Shown here piece by piece: positions 38,953-48,920 of a stretch of DNA of 64,000 nucleotides (position 1 is the stretch's first letter; each line of letters begins with the position of its first letter). A program made the position numbers and the translations under genes. Source of the stretch: a virus; IMG/VR virus record IMGVR_UViG_3300014613_000020, positions 34,980 through 98,979 of that record, one strand, 5' to 3'. Below the pieces are notes generated by a model. The model worked only from the letters and a program-made list of their open reading frames with translations. It was not told the origin of the DNA and searched no databases.

Positions 38953-40848
38953 GAAGAGACCTATTATAATAGAGGCTTATCTGCGATTGCACCTCTCGGC
39001 ACAGTTGTTACTTATGGCCGCACAGATTTGGTTTGCGCCCCGCGACGGCCAGTCAAGAAGGGATATGATGTGACACCATGATTAAATGTGGGGAATGTAG
39101 AGCGTGGAGGGAGATATGGCAGATCGTAATGTAACCAGTTTAGTGGATTTTGAGCTTAACGATGATGAGTGTTTACCAATAACAAAATGCATGTGTGGGG
39201 CAGAGTTTGGTCATTGGAAGTTCATGATTAGCGTTTATAGGGATCATGCTTATAGATGTCCTAAGTGTGGCAGGGGGCTTTACTTTGAACTTCAAATCAC
39301 AGTATACGAAGTGACAGATAATACAGAATTGGAAGGATGAGGATGGTGGAAGCAGCAAGTTGTAAGTACTGGTCGAAGAAGGGATATTGTTCAACCTATT
39401 CCTTAGAGCGTCCGAGTGTCCTTCATGTGTGTCCTATATGTAAGGGGAGAGGAGCTGTTCCTGCAGGGTTTTACGATGGGGATACATGGAGAGCAACTAC
39501 GGTGCCGGAGAGGTGTCGTAGTTGTCGGGGAAGGGGGTACATACTGGCATGACTATAAGGAGGGGATATGGTAACTACTTGTATGACGGTTTGTGATGTA
39601 TGTGGTAAGGTGTGGGCGGTGGATATGTGGGTGTTATCCATTGGGGATGGCAATTGGATGGATGTGGAATTGTGTTCGTTTGGCTGTTTAGTAAAATGGG
39701 TGGAGAGGTATGGGGAATGCGTCAACGCATAGGGGGTGGAGACCTGCTTATCCAAGAAAGGATGGGACTGATGGCATGGAACCTATATGTATGGGAGGGT
39801 GTACTTTGTGATTACACTTGTGGCATGATTGTAGCTGTTGCTAGGAGTGCAGAGGAGGCTAGAGAGATTGCCGAGAAGGAAAATTCATTGAAATCGACCG
39901 TATCCCGTCGAACGAGGGGAGATATTGTCTATGATATGGGATCAGGCTATTCATCATATTTAATTGGCGACTGGGAACTAGGTCTCCCCAAAGCTTGGGT
40001 TGTTTGGGGTGGGGGATAGAGGGGAGGACAAGATGAAATGTACAGATCATAAACCGGTGCTGTGGATAGCAGGTGGTGGTCCTGGAGTGCCAACATTATA
40101 TGGCTATGGGTACTGGACTGGTCCACACGACGATCTACTTTGTGTACTTCCCAATATCAAGTCTAGATGGCGGGCGGAGCAGTTGTTGTCCCCGTTTTCG
40201 AGAATAAAATGGTTGGCACTTACCAAGTTTAAGATTAAGCACTGGGCAGAGTCTGACTGGTGTGAATAGTCATATTTTGTTATAGAAGGAGGATGATTAA
40301 TGGAAACGGCGTGGATTTTTGAGGTGATAGCGTGGACAGGGGTGGTCTTGTCTGTGTGTTCTATGTGTCGTGTGCAGAAGAGGATATACTGTCGTGAGGA
40401 GGATGCCCATGTCTTGCCTGGCGACTTTGCGGCGCTGTTATGGGTTAGCGTGCTAATGTCGTTATCTGGGCATATCTTAGGGTGGTGGTAGTTATGCGTC
40501 AACACATTGGAGGGTAAATGACTACAAGACTGCTGGTTCATGATTTGATTATTCCTGCGGGTACACCATTCGAGTGTGTGGATGGGGTAAAGAGAGTGTT
40601 TGTCAGGGGCAACTACGAGGCATTGATTGCTATGGGGCCGGACTACACTGTCTCGGTGGTGATGGATGAAGAATTATTGGAGGAGGAAGAAGAATGATAG
40701 TAGTAGCGTGGATAGGAATAGTATAGTCTATATCGTTTATACTGGCATTGATATTCACTGACCAGAAAAAGGATTCAGGGAATGTTATTGTGGGATTGGT
40801 ACAGATGGACCTAGTGGTATTGATGGCCGGTAGAATTCTGGGGTGGTG

Positions 40849-40986
40849 GTGAACCACCGGGAGAGGTTCAATGCCGTTCTCCACTTCGAGCCCGCAGACA
40901 GATTCCCGTTGTGGGAGATGGGGTTCTGGGATGAAACATTGGTTCGTTGGTACGTGGAAGATGGGTTTGAGGTGGGGAAAGCTTAA
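40849..40986 (+). pseudogene. orphaned 5' fragment of the UROD-family gene at 41869
   Basis: (M)NHRERFNAVLHFEPADRFPLWEMGFWDETLVRWYVEDGFE versus MNSRQRFNAVMHFKPADRFPLWEMGFWDETLVRWYVEDGFE. Confidence 0.92.
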
Positions 40987-40987
40987 A

Positions 40988-41872
40988 ATGTCTAAACAGG
41001 AATTACACAGAATAAAACAATTGGAAAAACAGGTATGTTTACAAAGGGGCGAGATTGATTCGTTAATTGACGTATTAAAGAAATCTGGAATTGTAAGAGA
41101 GTGGAAGAGCAGGACAAGATGGGCCGATGGCGATAATAAATTGCATATAGTAAGTAGAATAGTCTTTCCTATTGTGTCTGAGTGTTTAGAAGAGGTGGTT
41201 AGGTATCTAAATCTAACTTTTGTTCGACTTCCGGAATACCCACATCGAATTATAGTAGTTGATAGAGACTTATTAAATTTAGGAGCCGAAAAGGACTTTA
41301 CTATAGCGGAATATCGTTATTATCAGCATGAATTAGAACTACAAGCTCCTGCGTTTGTTGAGACAATACTAGGTATAGAAAATATAACAAGTGTGGTAGA
41401 ACTAGGTTGTGGTTTAGGTATCATTCTTCGTGAATTTGCCAAGCAAGGCGTTAAAGTAATTGGATATGAAAAGTCAATTGACGCCATTAAAAATACAGAA
41501 GCACCAGAGAGAAGTATCTTCTATAGGGATTTGCGTAATCCTTGGATTGTCACTGATAAATATGACTTATGTATTTGTACTGAGGTGGTAGAACATTTAG
41601 AGTCGGAGTACGCTTTTGGTGTTATTCGATGTATAACGAATTTAAGTGATTTAGTGTATTTTACGGCTGCCTCACCGGAGCAAAAAGGAAAGAACCATGT
41701 GAACCTACAATCATTTAGTTATTGGGAAAAGATATTTAATCATTATGGTTTCTACTATGATGACTTGACAACAAGGGTAATTAAGGTGGGAATGAAACAA
41801 CGTGCCCCAGATATTAATAAGGGACATAGATTGTGGTATAATGGATCTGTGTATAGAAAGAGCACTAAATGA
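40988..41872 (+). CDS. class I SAM-dependent methyltransferase with N-terminal extension
   Basis: VELGCGLG, YDLCICTEVVEHL, FTAASPEQKGKNHVN. ATG 40988 is the likely start. Confidence 0.85.
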   Translation: MSKQELHRIKQLEKQVCLQRGEIDSLIDVLKKSGIVREWKSRTRWADGDNKLHIVSRIVFPIVSECLEEVVRYLNLTFVRLPEYPHRIIVVDRDLLNLGAEKDFTIAEYRYYQHELELQAPAFVETILGIENITSVVELGCGLGIILREFAKQGVKVIGYEKSIDAIKNTEAPERSIFYRDLRNPWIVTDKYDLCICTEVVEHLESEYAFGVIRCITNLSDLVYFTAASPEQKGKNHVNLQSFSYWEKIFNHYGFYYDDLTTRVIKVGMKQRAPDINKGHRLWYNGSVYRKSTK

Positions 41873-42963
41873 ATAGCAGACAACGCTTCAACGCTGTCAT
41901 GCACTTCAAGCCTGCGGACAGGTTCCCACTATGGGAGATGGGGTTCTGGGACGAGACTCTGGTTCGTTGGTATGTGGAAGATGGATTTGAGATAGATAAA
42001 GAGTATCCATTCCGGAGCATTGGCCTTGATTGGCCCTATCCGATATGGAATATAGCAAGTAGCGCATTTGGACTGTTTGACAGCAGGGTACTGGAGACAG
42101 AGGGAAACAGGGAACGGTTTCTCGACGAGTACGGGCGGATAGGTGTTCGACTGACGACGGGGACTAGCGTTCCTGGGTGGGAAGAGTTCCCCGTGACGGA
42201 TAGGGAGTCCTGGAAGTTTATTCGCAGCAGATATGAGCAACGGGGGGTGTTCAATCCGCAGCTAGAGAACTTTCAGCATGTCATCACATCAATGCCTGAG
42301 ACGCGAACCCACCCCTATGGAGTGATGGCGGGTTCGTTCTTTGGTGAACTGCGTTCTCTGATGGGGTTGGAGGGCATATCTTATATGCTATATGATGATC
42401 CTACACTGGTACACGAGATACTGGAGTTCTTGTCAGAGTTCACAAAAGCCAATCTCTCACTCTTATTGCAACATATAAACTTTGACTTTGTCAAGTTCTG
42501 GGAGGATATGGCATACATTAATGGTTCGTTCGTATCACCAAGAGTGTGGAAGGAGTTCTTTGCGGAGCCTTACAGGAACGTGTTGGAAGTGGTATACAAC
42601 TCAGGGACTGACATAGTAATGGTGGACTGTGATGGGGACATAAGTGAGTTGATTCCATTGTGGCTGGACGTAGGCATAAACTGCCCGTACCCAATGGAGG
42701 CTAGATGCAATAATCTATTAGAATACAGGAAGGTGTATGGCAAGAACCTAAAAATGCTAGGTGGTGTGGACAAGGAACGGGTGGCAAAGGGAAGGTATTC
42801 CATGGACAGTCTGATACTAAGAGACATACGCAAGCTGGTTCGAGCAGGTGGATACATCCCCCACATCGACCATGCCATTCCGCCATCAATATCATTTGGT
42901 GATTACAAATATTATAGGAATCTGTTGATGCTAATTAGCGATGAGGTGTGTGCTGATGTTTAA
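41869..42963 (+). CDS. uroporphyrinogen decarboxylase / MtaA-CmuA family TIM-barrel protein
   Basis: LMGLE..YDDP, WEDMAY, VDCDG, GGVDK, GGYIPHIDH. Confidence 0.85.
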   Translation: MNSRQRFNAVMHFKPADRFPLWEMGFWDETLVRWYVEDGFEIDKEYPFRSIGLDWPYPIWNIASSAFGLFDSRVLETEGNRERFLDEYGRIGVRLTTGTSVPGWEEFPVTDRESWKFIRSRYEQRGVFNPQLENFQHVITSMPETRTHPYGVMAGSFFGELRSLMGLEGISYMLYDDPTLVHEILEFLSEFTKANLSLLLQHINFDFVKFWEDMAYINGSFVSPRVWKEFFAEPYRNVLEVVYNSGTDIVMVDCDGDISELIPLWLDVGINCPYPMEARCNNLLEYRKVYGKNLKMLGGVDKERVAKGRYSMDSLILRDIRKLVRAGGYIPHIDHAIPPSISFGDYKYYRNLLMLISDEVCADV

Positions 42964-43390
42964 GTTAGAGTTAAAATGTTATAGAAGAGATGGTGCTCCT
43001 TTGGATGAGGCAAGTACTGGTGGTAGTTTGATTAGATATGTCATTTTTGACAAAAATGGTGTCATGGACTGCTATAATTGTAATTTACACACGATAGAAT
43101 GTGACCATCTTCCTGATTGGTGTGGATGGCCCAATAAGGAAAATAATGTCTAAAATAAAATGCCCAAAGTGTGGTTCGTTCGCATTGACACAAGGAATGA
43201 GTTCTGCAACATTGAAGTACTGTCCACGGTTCTCCGACGAAGATGGCTTCTGGCATATACATGATTCAAATGCGGTAACAAATAGGTTTCAGTGTCGCAA
43301 ATGTCATTATACCTTTGCCAAGAAAGAGAAACTAAAACCGTGTTGGTGCGGGTGGTCTAACAGCGGGCCTTTGGTAGAAATGGGAAATGA

Positions 43391-44413
43391 ATGACTGAGA
43401 AAGTAATAGTTGTAATAAGGGCTAGAACTAGAAGCCACCGTCTACATGCTAAGGTGTTGCAACCTATAAACGATGTTCCTGCTATAATCAGGGTAGCGGA
43501 ACGAGTCAACCTCGTCAAAAATCTCGTTGACCAAGTGGTGTTTTGCATTCCTGGTGGGTCGTATGATGATGAACTGGCAGATACACTGGATGACCATTTT
43601 GGTCTGAATCCGTTCTATGTCGTCCACCGCGGTTCTGAGAATAACGTGGCGACTCGCGTGTGGGATGCCATACAGGAGAATGATGGTGACATTATCATCG
43701 AAGGGCTGAGCGGTGACGCCCCACTGTGCTACATGGAATTTCTAGAGCCTGCGTTGGAATATCTGAGAACAGACAGAACTCTGGACTGCGTTGTCCACTA
43801 CAATCCTGATGGGCGATTTACCATAGAACACACAGCTTGCTATGCATGGCCTGTCAGGCGTTCGTGGTGGGAAAAGACGGTTGCGTACATACCAAAGAGT
43901 GATTCGCAAGATGCGTTTGAACAGCATCCAACACTGAGATTCCAATGGTACCCCGAAGAATACAATATTGGATTCCTCGAGGATAAACTGTTTTTTGAGT
44001 TGTGCAAGGACAACCTCGGAAGGCCGCGGGACACACATTGGTGTCTGGATGAAGCAGAGGATTTGGTCTTCCTCAATATCATATTTGATGCGTTGAATGG
44101 TGAGAGACCTATTAGATTAAGGGAAGCTGTGGCACATCTTAACGCGAATCCACACATTCGGTCCGCCAACGCAGCGGTAACGGAATCCGTGCTGACGTAT
44201 CCAACGGAACTGTACAGGCGGAAGTGGGCCAGGATTTATGGCGAATGGTCTATGCCACAGGGAGTGCAGGCGGCATATTGTGACAAGAAACTATGCTATC
44301 TCGGATATGTTCTTCCTGACAGTTCTGCGCTTCACAGGCCAAATGGAGACATAATCAGAGACGCCACAGTCGTAACGTGTATCTGTGGAGCCAACAGACG
44401 ATGGCATAGATGA
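43391..44413 (+). CDS. second SpsF-like cytidylyltransferase with C-terminal Cys-rich extension
   Basis: IRARTRSHRLHAKVL, RGSENNVATR, GDAP, LDEAEDL. Confidence 0.8.
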   Translation: MTEKVIVVIRARTRSHRLHAKVLQPINDVPAIIRVAERVNLVKNLVDQVVFCIPGGSYDDELADTLDDHFGLNPFYVVHRGSENNVATRVWDAIQENDGDIIIEGLSGDAPLCYMEFLEPALEYLRTDRTLDCVVHYNPDGRFTIEHTACYAWPVRRSWWEKTVAYIPKSDSQDAFEQHPTLRFQWYPEEYNIGFLEDKLFFELCKDNLGRPRDTHWCLDEAEDLVFLNIIFDALNGERPIRLREAVAHLNANPHIRSANAAVTESVLTYPTELYRRKWARIYGEWSMPQGVQAAYCDKKLCYLGYVLPDSSALHRPNGDIIRDATVVTCICGANRRWHR

Positions 44414-44654
44414 TAGAGAACCTTAGCTGGCGTGCCATCCGCAAAGATGGAAGGATAATATCGTTCTGTGCTGACGTGTACCTGTGTGGGTTATGTAAAG
44501 ATGAATTCATAGCGAACCTGAGGGACGATTATGGCAACGCTGGTTACGCATTTGGGTGGGGGAAGGATAGTGTCTTATGCTCTGTCTGTGATGTGACTGT
44601 AAAGAGAAATGACTCTCATGTTTTTCTATTGGTTCAGGCAGGTTATTAGCGGCC

Positions 44655-44718
44655 TTTACGCAGAATTTACGAACAGTTTTCTAAAATGCTTGACTTTTGA
44701 GTGAAGGTAGTGTATACT
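44655..44718 (+). promoter_or_regulatory. repeated phage promoter, class A (TTTACG-N5-TTTACG upstream of the -35)
   Basis: TTTACGcagaaTTTACG...TTGACT-17-TATACT. Confidence 0.85.
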
Positions 44719-44753
44719 TGTAGGTAGTTAAGAATGGGTGGAGGGGGAGAAAG

Positions 44754-45263
44754 ATGGAGCGAATAGAGTATAGTACAGAAACAGCCATGGAGCTTGAAGG
44801 GCTGGCGTGGCTGGGTAAAGTCGAAGTCTCCTTCAGCCCTGTGGTAGGCTGGATCGTGGAGATGGAGACCTATGTCAACGACTGGAAGGTTCGAGCCTTC
44901 TTTGAGGGCAATCGAGCCTACGTGGGCCTTCAGTTGCGGTATGACACCGCTACGGATGCTCTAACAGCAGTCTTGGAAGGCATAGCTAATTATGTGCCGG
45001 AAAAGACTGAGGAAGTTGTTGACAAGGCGGGCTGCCCCGAGTGTGGTGGCAAACTCCATTCTTTCTCGCGGGGGCGACGGGGTAGCATCATGCATCGCCA
45101 GTGCAAGAAGTGCGATGCCTGCGGGTACGTCGAAGACCCCGATCTCTATGTCATTGAGAAGGGGGAGAGAGACGAGGCCTATCGACGTGCCAGAACGCGG
45201 GCTGGAGACACTGAGAGCAAAACCCATGATGAGTGGGATAGTGGATTCGGCGTAGGTGGTTAA
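44754..45263 (+). CDS. hypothetical protein with zinc ribbon
   Basis: CPECGG...CDACG; follows a class A promoter. Confidence 0.65.
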   Translation: MERIEYSTETAMELEGLAWLGKVEVSFSPVVGWIVEMETYVNDWKVRAFFEGNRAYVGLQLRYDTATDALTAVLEGIANYVPEKTEEVVDKAGCPECGGKLHSFSRGRRGSIMHRQCKKCDACGYVEDPDLYVIEKGERDEAYRRARTRAGDTESKTHDEWDSGFGVGG

Positions 45264-45284
45264 CTAGAAAGAGGGAGAGAAAGA

Positions 45285-45653
45285 ATGATGAATCATATAG
45301 AGGGATATGATGTGTTTAGGACAGCTAATATCGATGTTGAGGATGCTGTCTATTCACAAGAGATAGTTGACCCTCTATGGCATGAGAATTCAGGCCTGTA
45401 TTCAGTTGTAGATGTGATGATGATTGGTGGAAAGTACAAGCCTGAGCACCACCATCCTACTTTTTCTGTCACAGCAGTTCGGTGTGGGGACTGCCACGAG
45501 ATAATAATTGCATGGCACTCACACAGAACACGCTGGTCTGGGAGACCTGGCCATAGCCAGCCTCGACGATTGCAGGCGGGCCTCTCGGTTTGCCCTCTGT
45601 GCGATGCAATCTTATATGATCCTTATTTAAGAAAGGTAGGAAGGGAACGATGA
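45285..45653 (+). CDS. hypothetical zinc-binding protein
   Basis: CGDC...CPLC. Confidence 0.6.
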   Translation: MMNHIEGYDVFRTANIDVEDAVYSQEIVDPLWHENSGLYSVVDVMMIGGKYKPEHHHPTFSVTAVRCGDCHEIIIAWHSHRTRWSGRPGHSQPRRLQAGLSVCPLCDAILYDPYLRKVGRER

Positions 45654-46021
45654 AAGCGATTAATGGAATTGTGTTTTTCAATGCAACACCACATCCCATT
45701 ACATTCTGGGATGAGGGGTGGGATAACTCAGTAGTAGTAGAGCCGGATGTGAAGATCAACGCAGGAGTGCAAGAAGTTCCTGTCCCTTGTTCAATCCCTG
45801 GAGTAGAATTTGTCACAACAGAGTTCATTGCAACAGATGAGGGGATGGAAATAGTGGGGCAGGCGAGGGCAGATGGTGCTGACATCATCATCGGTAGCAT
45901 CATAGCGGCTCAGGCGTTTCCTGGTCAGGTAGTAGCGATGGTTCCCTGCAAGGGATTCGAGAGAGTCCCACCCGCTGAGAAGCGGATGCAGCCTGACAAG
46001 TTTACAATCTTTACAAGTTAA
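45650..46021 (+). CDS. conserved phage hypothetical protein (N.TPH.I motif)
   Basis: FFNATPHPITF...IIIGSIIAAQAFPG. Confidence 0.65.
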   Translation: MKAINGIVFFNATPHPITFWDEGWDNSVVVEPDVKINAGVQEVPVPCSIPGVEFVTTEFIATDEGMEIVGQARADGADIIIGSIIAAQAFPGQVVAMVPCKGFERVPPAEKRMQPDKFTIFTS

Positions 46022-46062
46022 TAAATTGGGGCTGACTGTAATAGCTGGCGACTGTCAACCAA

Positions 46063-46184
46063 TGGCTATAAGCAGAGGCTTGATATGTACTAGTCATATC
46101 CGAATATAGGATGACTCCTATATTTGCTTTAGCCTGGAGCCAAGACACTTGGAGTGGTTCGATACCACCGCCTCTTTATAGTTA
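46063..46184 (+). ncRNA. tRNA-like structured RNA (non-canonical)
   Basis: T arm GTGG-TTCGATA-CCAC, three further hairpins and a long closing stem. Confidence 0.5.
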
Positions 46185-46248
46185 TTTACGCAAAATTTAC
46201 GAACAGTTTCCTAAAATGCTTGACTTTTGTGCAAAAGTGTAGTATACT
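46185..46248 (+). promoter_or_regulatory. repeated phage promoter, class A, with TTTTGTGCAAAA in the spacer
   Basis: TTTACGcaaaaTTTACG...TTGACT-17-TATACT. Confidence 0.85.
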
Positions 46249-46560
46249 TAGTGGTGTAAGGGAATTAGCCACTAATGAAGGGGGAGAACAATGACAACAG
46301 CTTCAGTTTGCAAGGGATGTGGGAAGGATATGATTAAGGTGGGATGCTGGACCGGGGATTGCGTCGGTGACCCGTGCATGTACTACTCCTTGGTAGGGGG
46401 ATGGGGATGTTTCCGCCCCCGTACTCAATATTGTCGGGACGGACACAGTCCCATTTATGTTCCGGCAGACACGGTTAACAGTTATAGATTCAACAATATC
46501 AAGGGGGTGAGGAAGCGGGGACGTTTATCCCCACTATAGAGAGTTTGTATCTACGAAAGG

Positions 46561-47046
46561 ATGAGCCAAATGCCAGCAATGCCAAGAATAGATTTAGTTA
46601 AACTATCCACACTTCTTTCAGCGGAGGATATGGTTCTCGTCAAGGGAATCATAGCCACCCGGGGGGACAACAAAGGATGCCTTCGGGCATCCAAGCCCAG
46701 AGTGACCCGCACAGAAGTAACAGACTTGTCGAGTCCATATGGGTCTCGAATCGAGAAGGACGAGATTGAGGGCAAGACAGCATACGTTTGGCGGATGGTT
46801 GCCTTCATGATTTCACCAAAGGCTGCTCATCATTGTATGCCCTGCACGGTTGACTTTGACCTTCCATTGAAGAGCATCACCGGCCCGGAAGCAAAGGCCA
46901 TGCGGTCCGACTTGGATAGGATAGTTGACGTGGTAGTTGACTCAGTCCCAATGTCATCTTGGCATGGCATCCGCCGGTGGGGGAATGTCTATGGAGTGAT
47001 AGGGACTCCCTGCTACAATTCAGAAGGTGCAGTAATCTATCGGTAA
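46561..47046 (+). CDS. hypothetical protein
   Basis: 161-aa ORF (LRASKP, AYVWRMVAF, HHCMPC). Confidence 0.65.
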   Translation: MSQMPAMPRIDLVKLSTLLSAEDMVLVKGIIATRGDNKGCLRASKPRVTRTEVTDLSSPYGSRIEKDEIEGKTAYVWRMVAFMISPKAAHHCMPCTVDFDLPLKSITGPEAKAMRSDLDRIVDVVVDSVPMSSWHGIRRWGNVYGVIGTPCYNSEGAVIYR

Positions 47047-47240
47047 AGGAGAAGAAAGAATGAGTGGATTAACTAGTTTTGCTGAATATCTGACTGGGTC
47101 TTCTCATGCACAAGGTGGAGGTGTAGTCAAGTGGGATGAACTACAATACGCATGGATATTTGTGGCTGATCCACCAGAAGGATATAGCATCGGGGATTTT
47201 ATGCCAGAAGATTGGGGAATAGCAGGATAGGAGAAGCTAT

Positions 47241-47269
47241 TTGACAAAATCATCATTTTAGTGTATAAT
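47241..47269 (+). promoter_or_regulatory. promoter, class B, upstream of portal
   Basis: TTGACA-17-TATAAT; context nearly identical to 57043-57071. Confidence 0.85.
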
Positions 47270-47423
47270 TAAGGTAGAGTGGCAGACTGTAGTTTGATAA
47301 CTACAAGCTAGGAAGGAGCGATTCCAACCAGGCAGAGACGTATTACATAGTCGATTATTAGGGAATTGGGCAATCTCTGGCAAGATCAGGAGATTGCCCT
47401 ATTTGATTGTAGGGATATAATAT

Positions 47424-48920
47424 ATGGCAGATATTGAACAGCAGAAAAGGGACCAAGAGAATCCACGGGGGAACAAACTGTGGCGTGAGTACGGCTCCAC
47501 AGGGCTCAACAGGTATGGCGGGGCTGTGTCTGAGGAGTTCATCCAAGACCTTCAGAGGGCGGATTCACGCCATAAAATCTACTCGGAGATGCGCCTCAAC
47601 AGTCCTGTCATTGGAGCTATTCTCTTCATTATTGAACAGGCGCTCCGCAAAATTGACTGGCCGATTGAGCCGGGGGAAGAGGAGAGTGAGATACACGAGG
47701 AGCGCGCCGAGTTCTTCCGCCAGTGCAAGGATGACATGTCTTCAACGTGGGATGATTTCATTTCTGAGTGCCTGACATTCCTATCTCAGGGCTGGGCCTA
47801 TTTTGAGATAAACTACAAGAAGAGACTTGGGGACAATCCACCAAAATACACTAAAGACCCCGCCAAGAGCAAGTTTGATGATGGTAAGATCGGTTGGAGA
47901 AAATTCGCTATCCGTGCCCAGGACACACTGCTAAGATGGGAATTTGATGAGAACGGAGGCATCCAAGGGATGTACCAGAATCCTCCCCCAGATTATTCAG
48001 AGCGATTTATCTCCATAGACAAAGCATTACTGTTCAGGACACGGGTGGAAAAAAACAACCCAGAGGGGCGCAGTGTGCTCAGAACTTCCTACCGTCCATG
48101 GTATTTCCACTCAAACTTTGAGGTTATCATGGGTGTGGGTGTTGAGCGGAACCTGTCTGGTATTCCCGTCATCTACCTGCCACAGTCATCCACGGATGCG
48201 GACTATAACGTTGCCCGCGGCATTGTAGAGAAGGCCCGTGTGGATGCCCACGACGGGTTTGTCCTTCCTGGCCCAAAAGGGACAACCTCAGACGCTGTCG
48301 CTGATGGTGGATGGCTGTTTGAGTTGGTATCCGGCACTGGGCGGATGACGTTCCAGCTGGTCGAAATACTGGAGTACTACGACCAGCGCATGGCGATGAC
48401 CCTCTTGGCACAATTCCTTCTGTTGGGCACGGGTGGCGTCGGCTCCTATGCGTTGTCACAGGATCAGAGTGATTTGTTCTTGATGGCACTGGAGGGATGG
48501 GCTACCATGATAGCGGAAGTCATTAACAGACATGCCATCCCCAAGTTGATGAGGCTCAACAACTGGCCGCAGCAGGAGTCACCCAAGGTAGTTCCAACAT
48601 CATTGTCCAAGGCGAACTTGGAGGAACTGTCGAAGTGGCTCATGACCATGGGGACACTTGGATTCAAACTAAATGACTTGGAGAACCCACTTAGAGCTAT
48701 GGCAAACCTGCCAATGCGGGAGGAGGGGGATGTGGAAGAAGAAGAAGAGCCTGAGAAAGAACCGGAAATTGAGGAAGAGGAGATGGAGAAGGCCGAAGAA
48801 GAAGTCTGGCGACTCAAAGGAAAGGTCCCGTCAACGAGAGAAGTCAAGTCTGATTGGAAGATAACGACAGAGGACATAGAGAATGTGGCGACCGAGTTTG
48901 CGCGTTTGATAGGAGAGTAG
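47424..48920 (+). CDS. portal protein (DUF935/Mu gp29-like)
   Basis: NNPEGRSVLR, GVERNLSGIP, LAQFLLLG..GSYALS, INRHAIPKL. Confidence 0.9.
   Translation: MADIEQQKRDQENPRGNKLWREYGSTGLNRYGGAVSEEFIQDLQRADSRHKIYSEMRLNSPVIGAILFIIEQALRKIDWPIEPGEEESEIHEERAEFFRQCKDDMSSTWDDFISECLTFLSQGWAYFEINYKKRLGDNPPKYTKDPAKSKFDDGKIGWRKFAIRAQDTLLRWEFDENGGIQGMYQNPPPDYSERFISIDKALLFRTRVEKNNPEGRSVLRTSYRPWYFHSNFEVIMGVGVERNLSGIPVIYLPQSSTDADYNVARGIVEKARVDAHDGFVLPGPKGTTSDAVADGGWLFELVSGTGRMTFQLVEILEYYDQRMAMTLLAQFLLLGTGGVGSYALSQDQSDLFLMALEGWATMIAEVINRHAIPKLMRLNNWPQQESPKVVPTSLSKANLEELSKWLMTMGTLGFKLNDLENPLRAMANLPMREEGDVEEEEEPEKEPEIEEEEMEKAEEEVWRLKGKVPSTREVKSDWKITTEDIENVATEFARLIGE

Larger units (their letters stand above)
38156..39097 (+). 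repeat. 45-bp direct repeat (38156-38200 and 39053-39097, 3 mismatches)
   Basis: TCAAGAAGGGATATGATGTGAYACCATGATTAAATGYGGRGAATG. Confidence 0.9.

Noticed and set aside
40871-40987. ORF-track N-terminal extension of the methyltransferase
   Set aside because: It is an off-frame reading of the duplicated UROD 5' fragment; ATG 40988 is the likelier start.
46028-46184. tmRNA (starts GGGGCTGA and has a T arm)
   Set aside because: Too short, no tag reading frame, and the 3' end does not pair with GGGGCTG or end in CCA.
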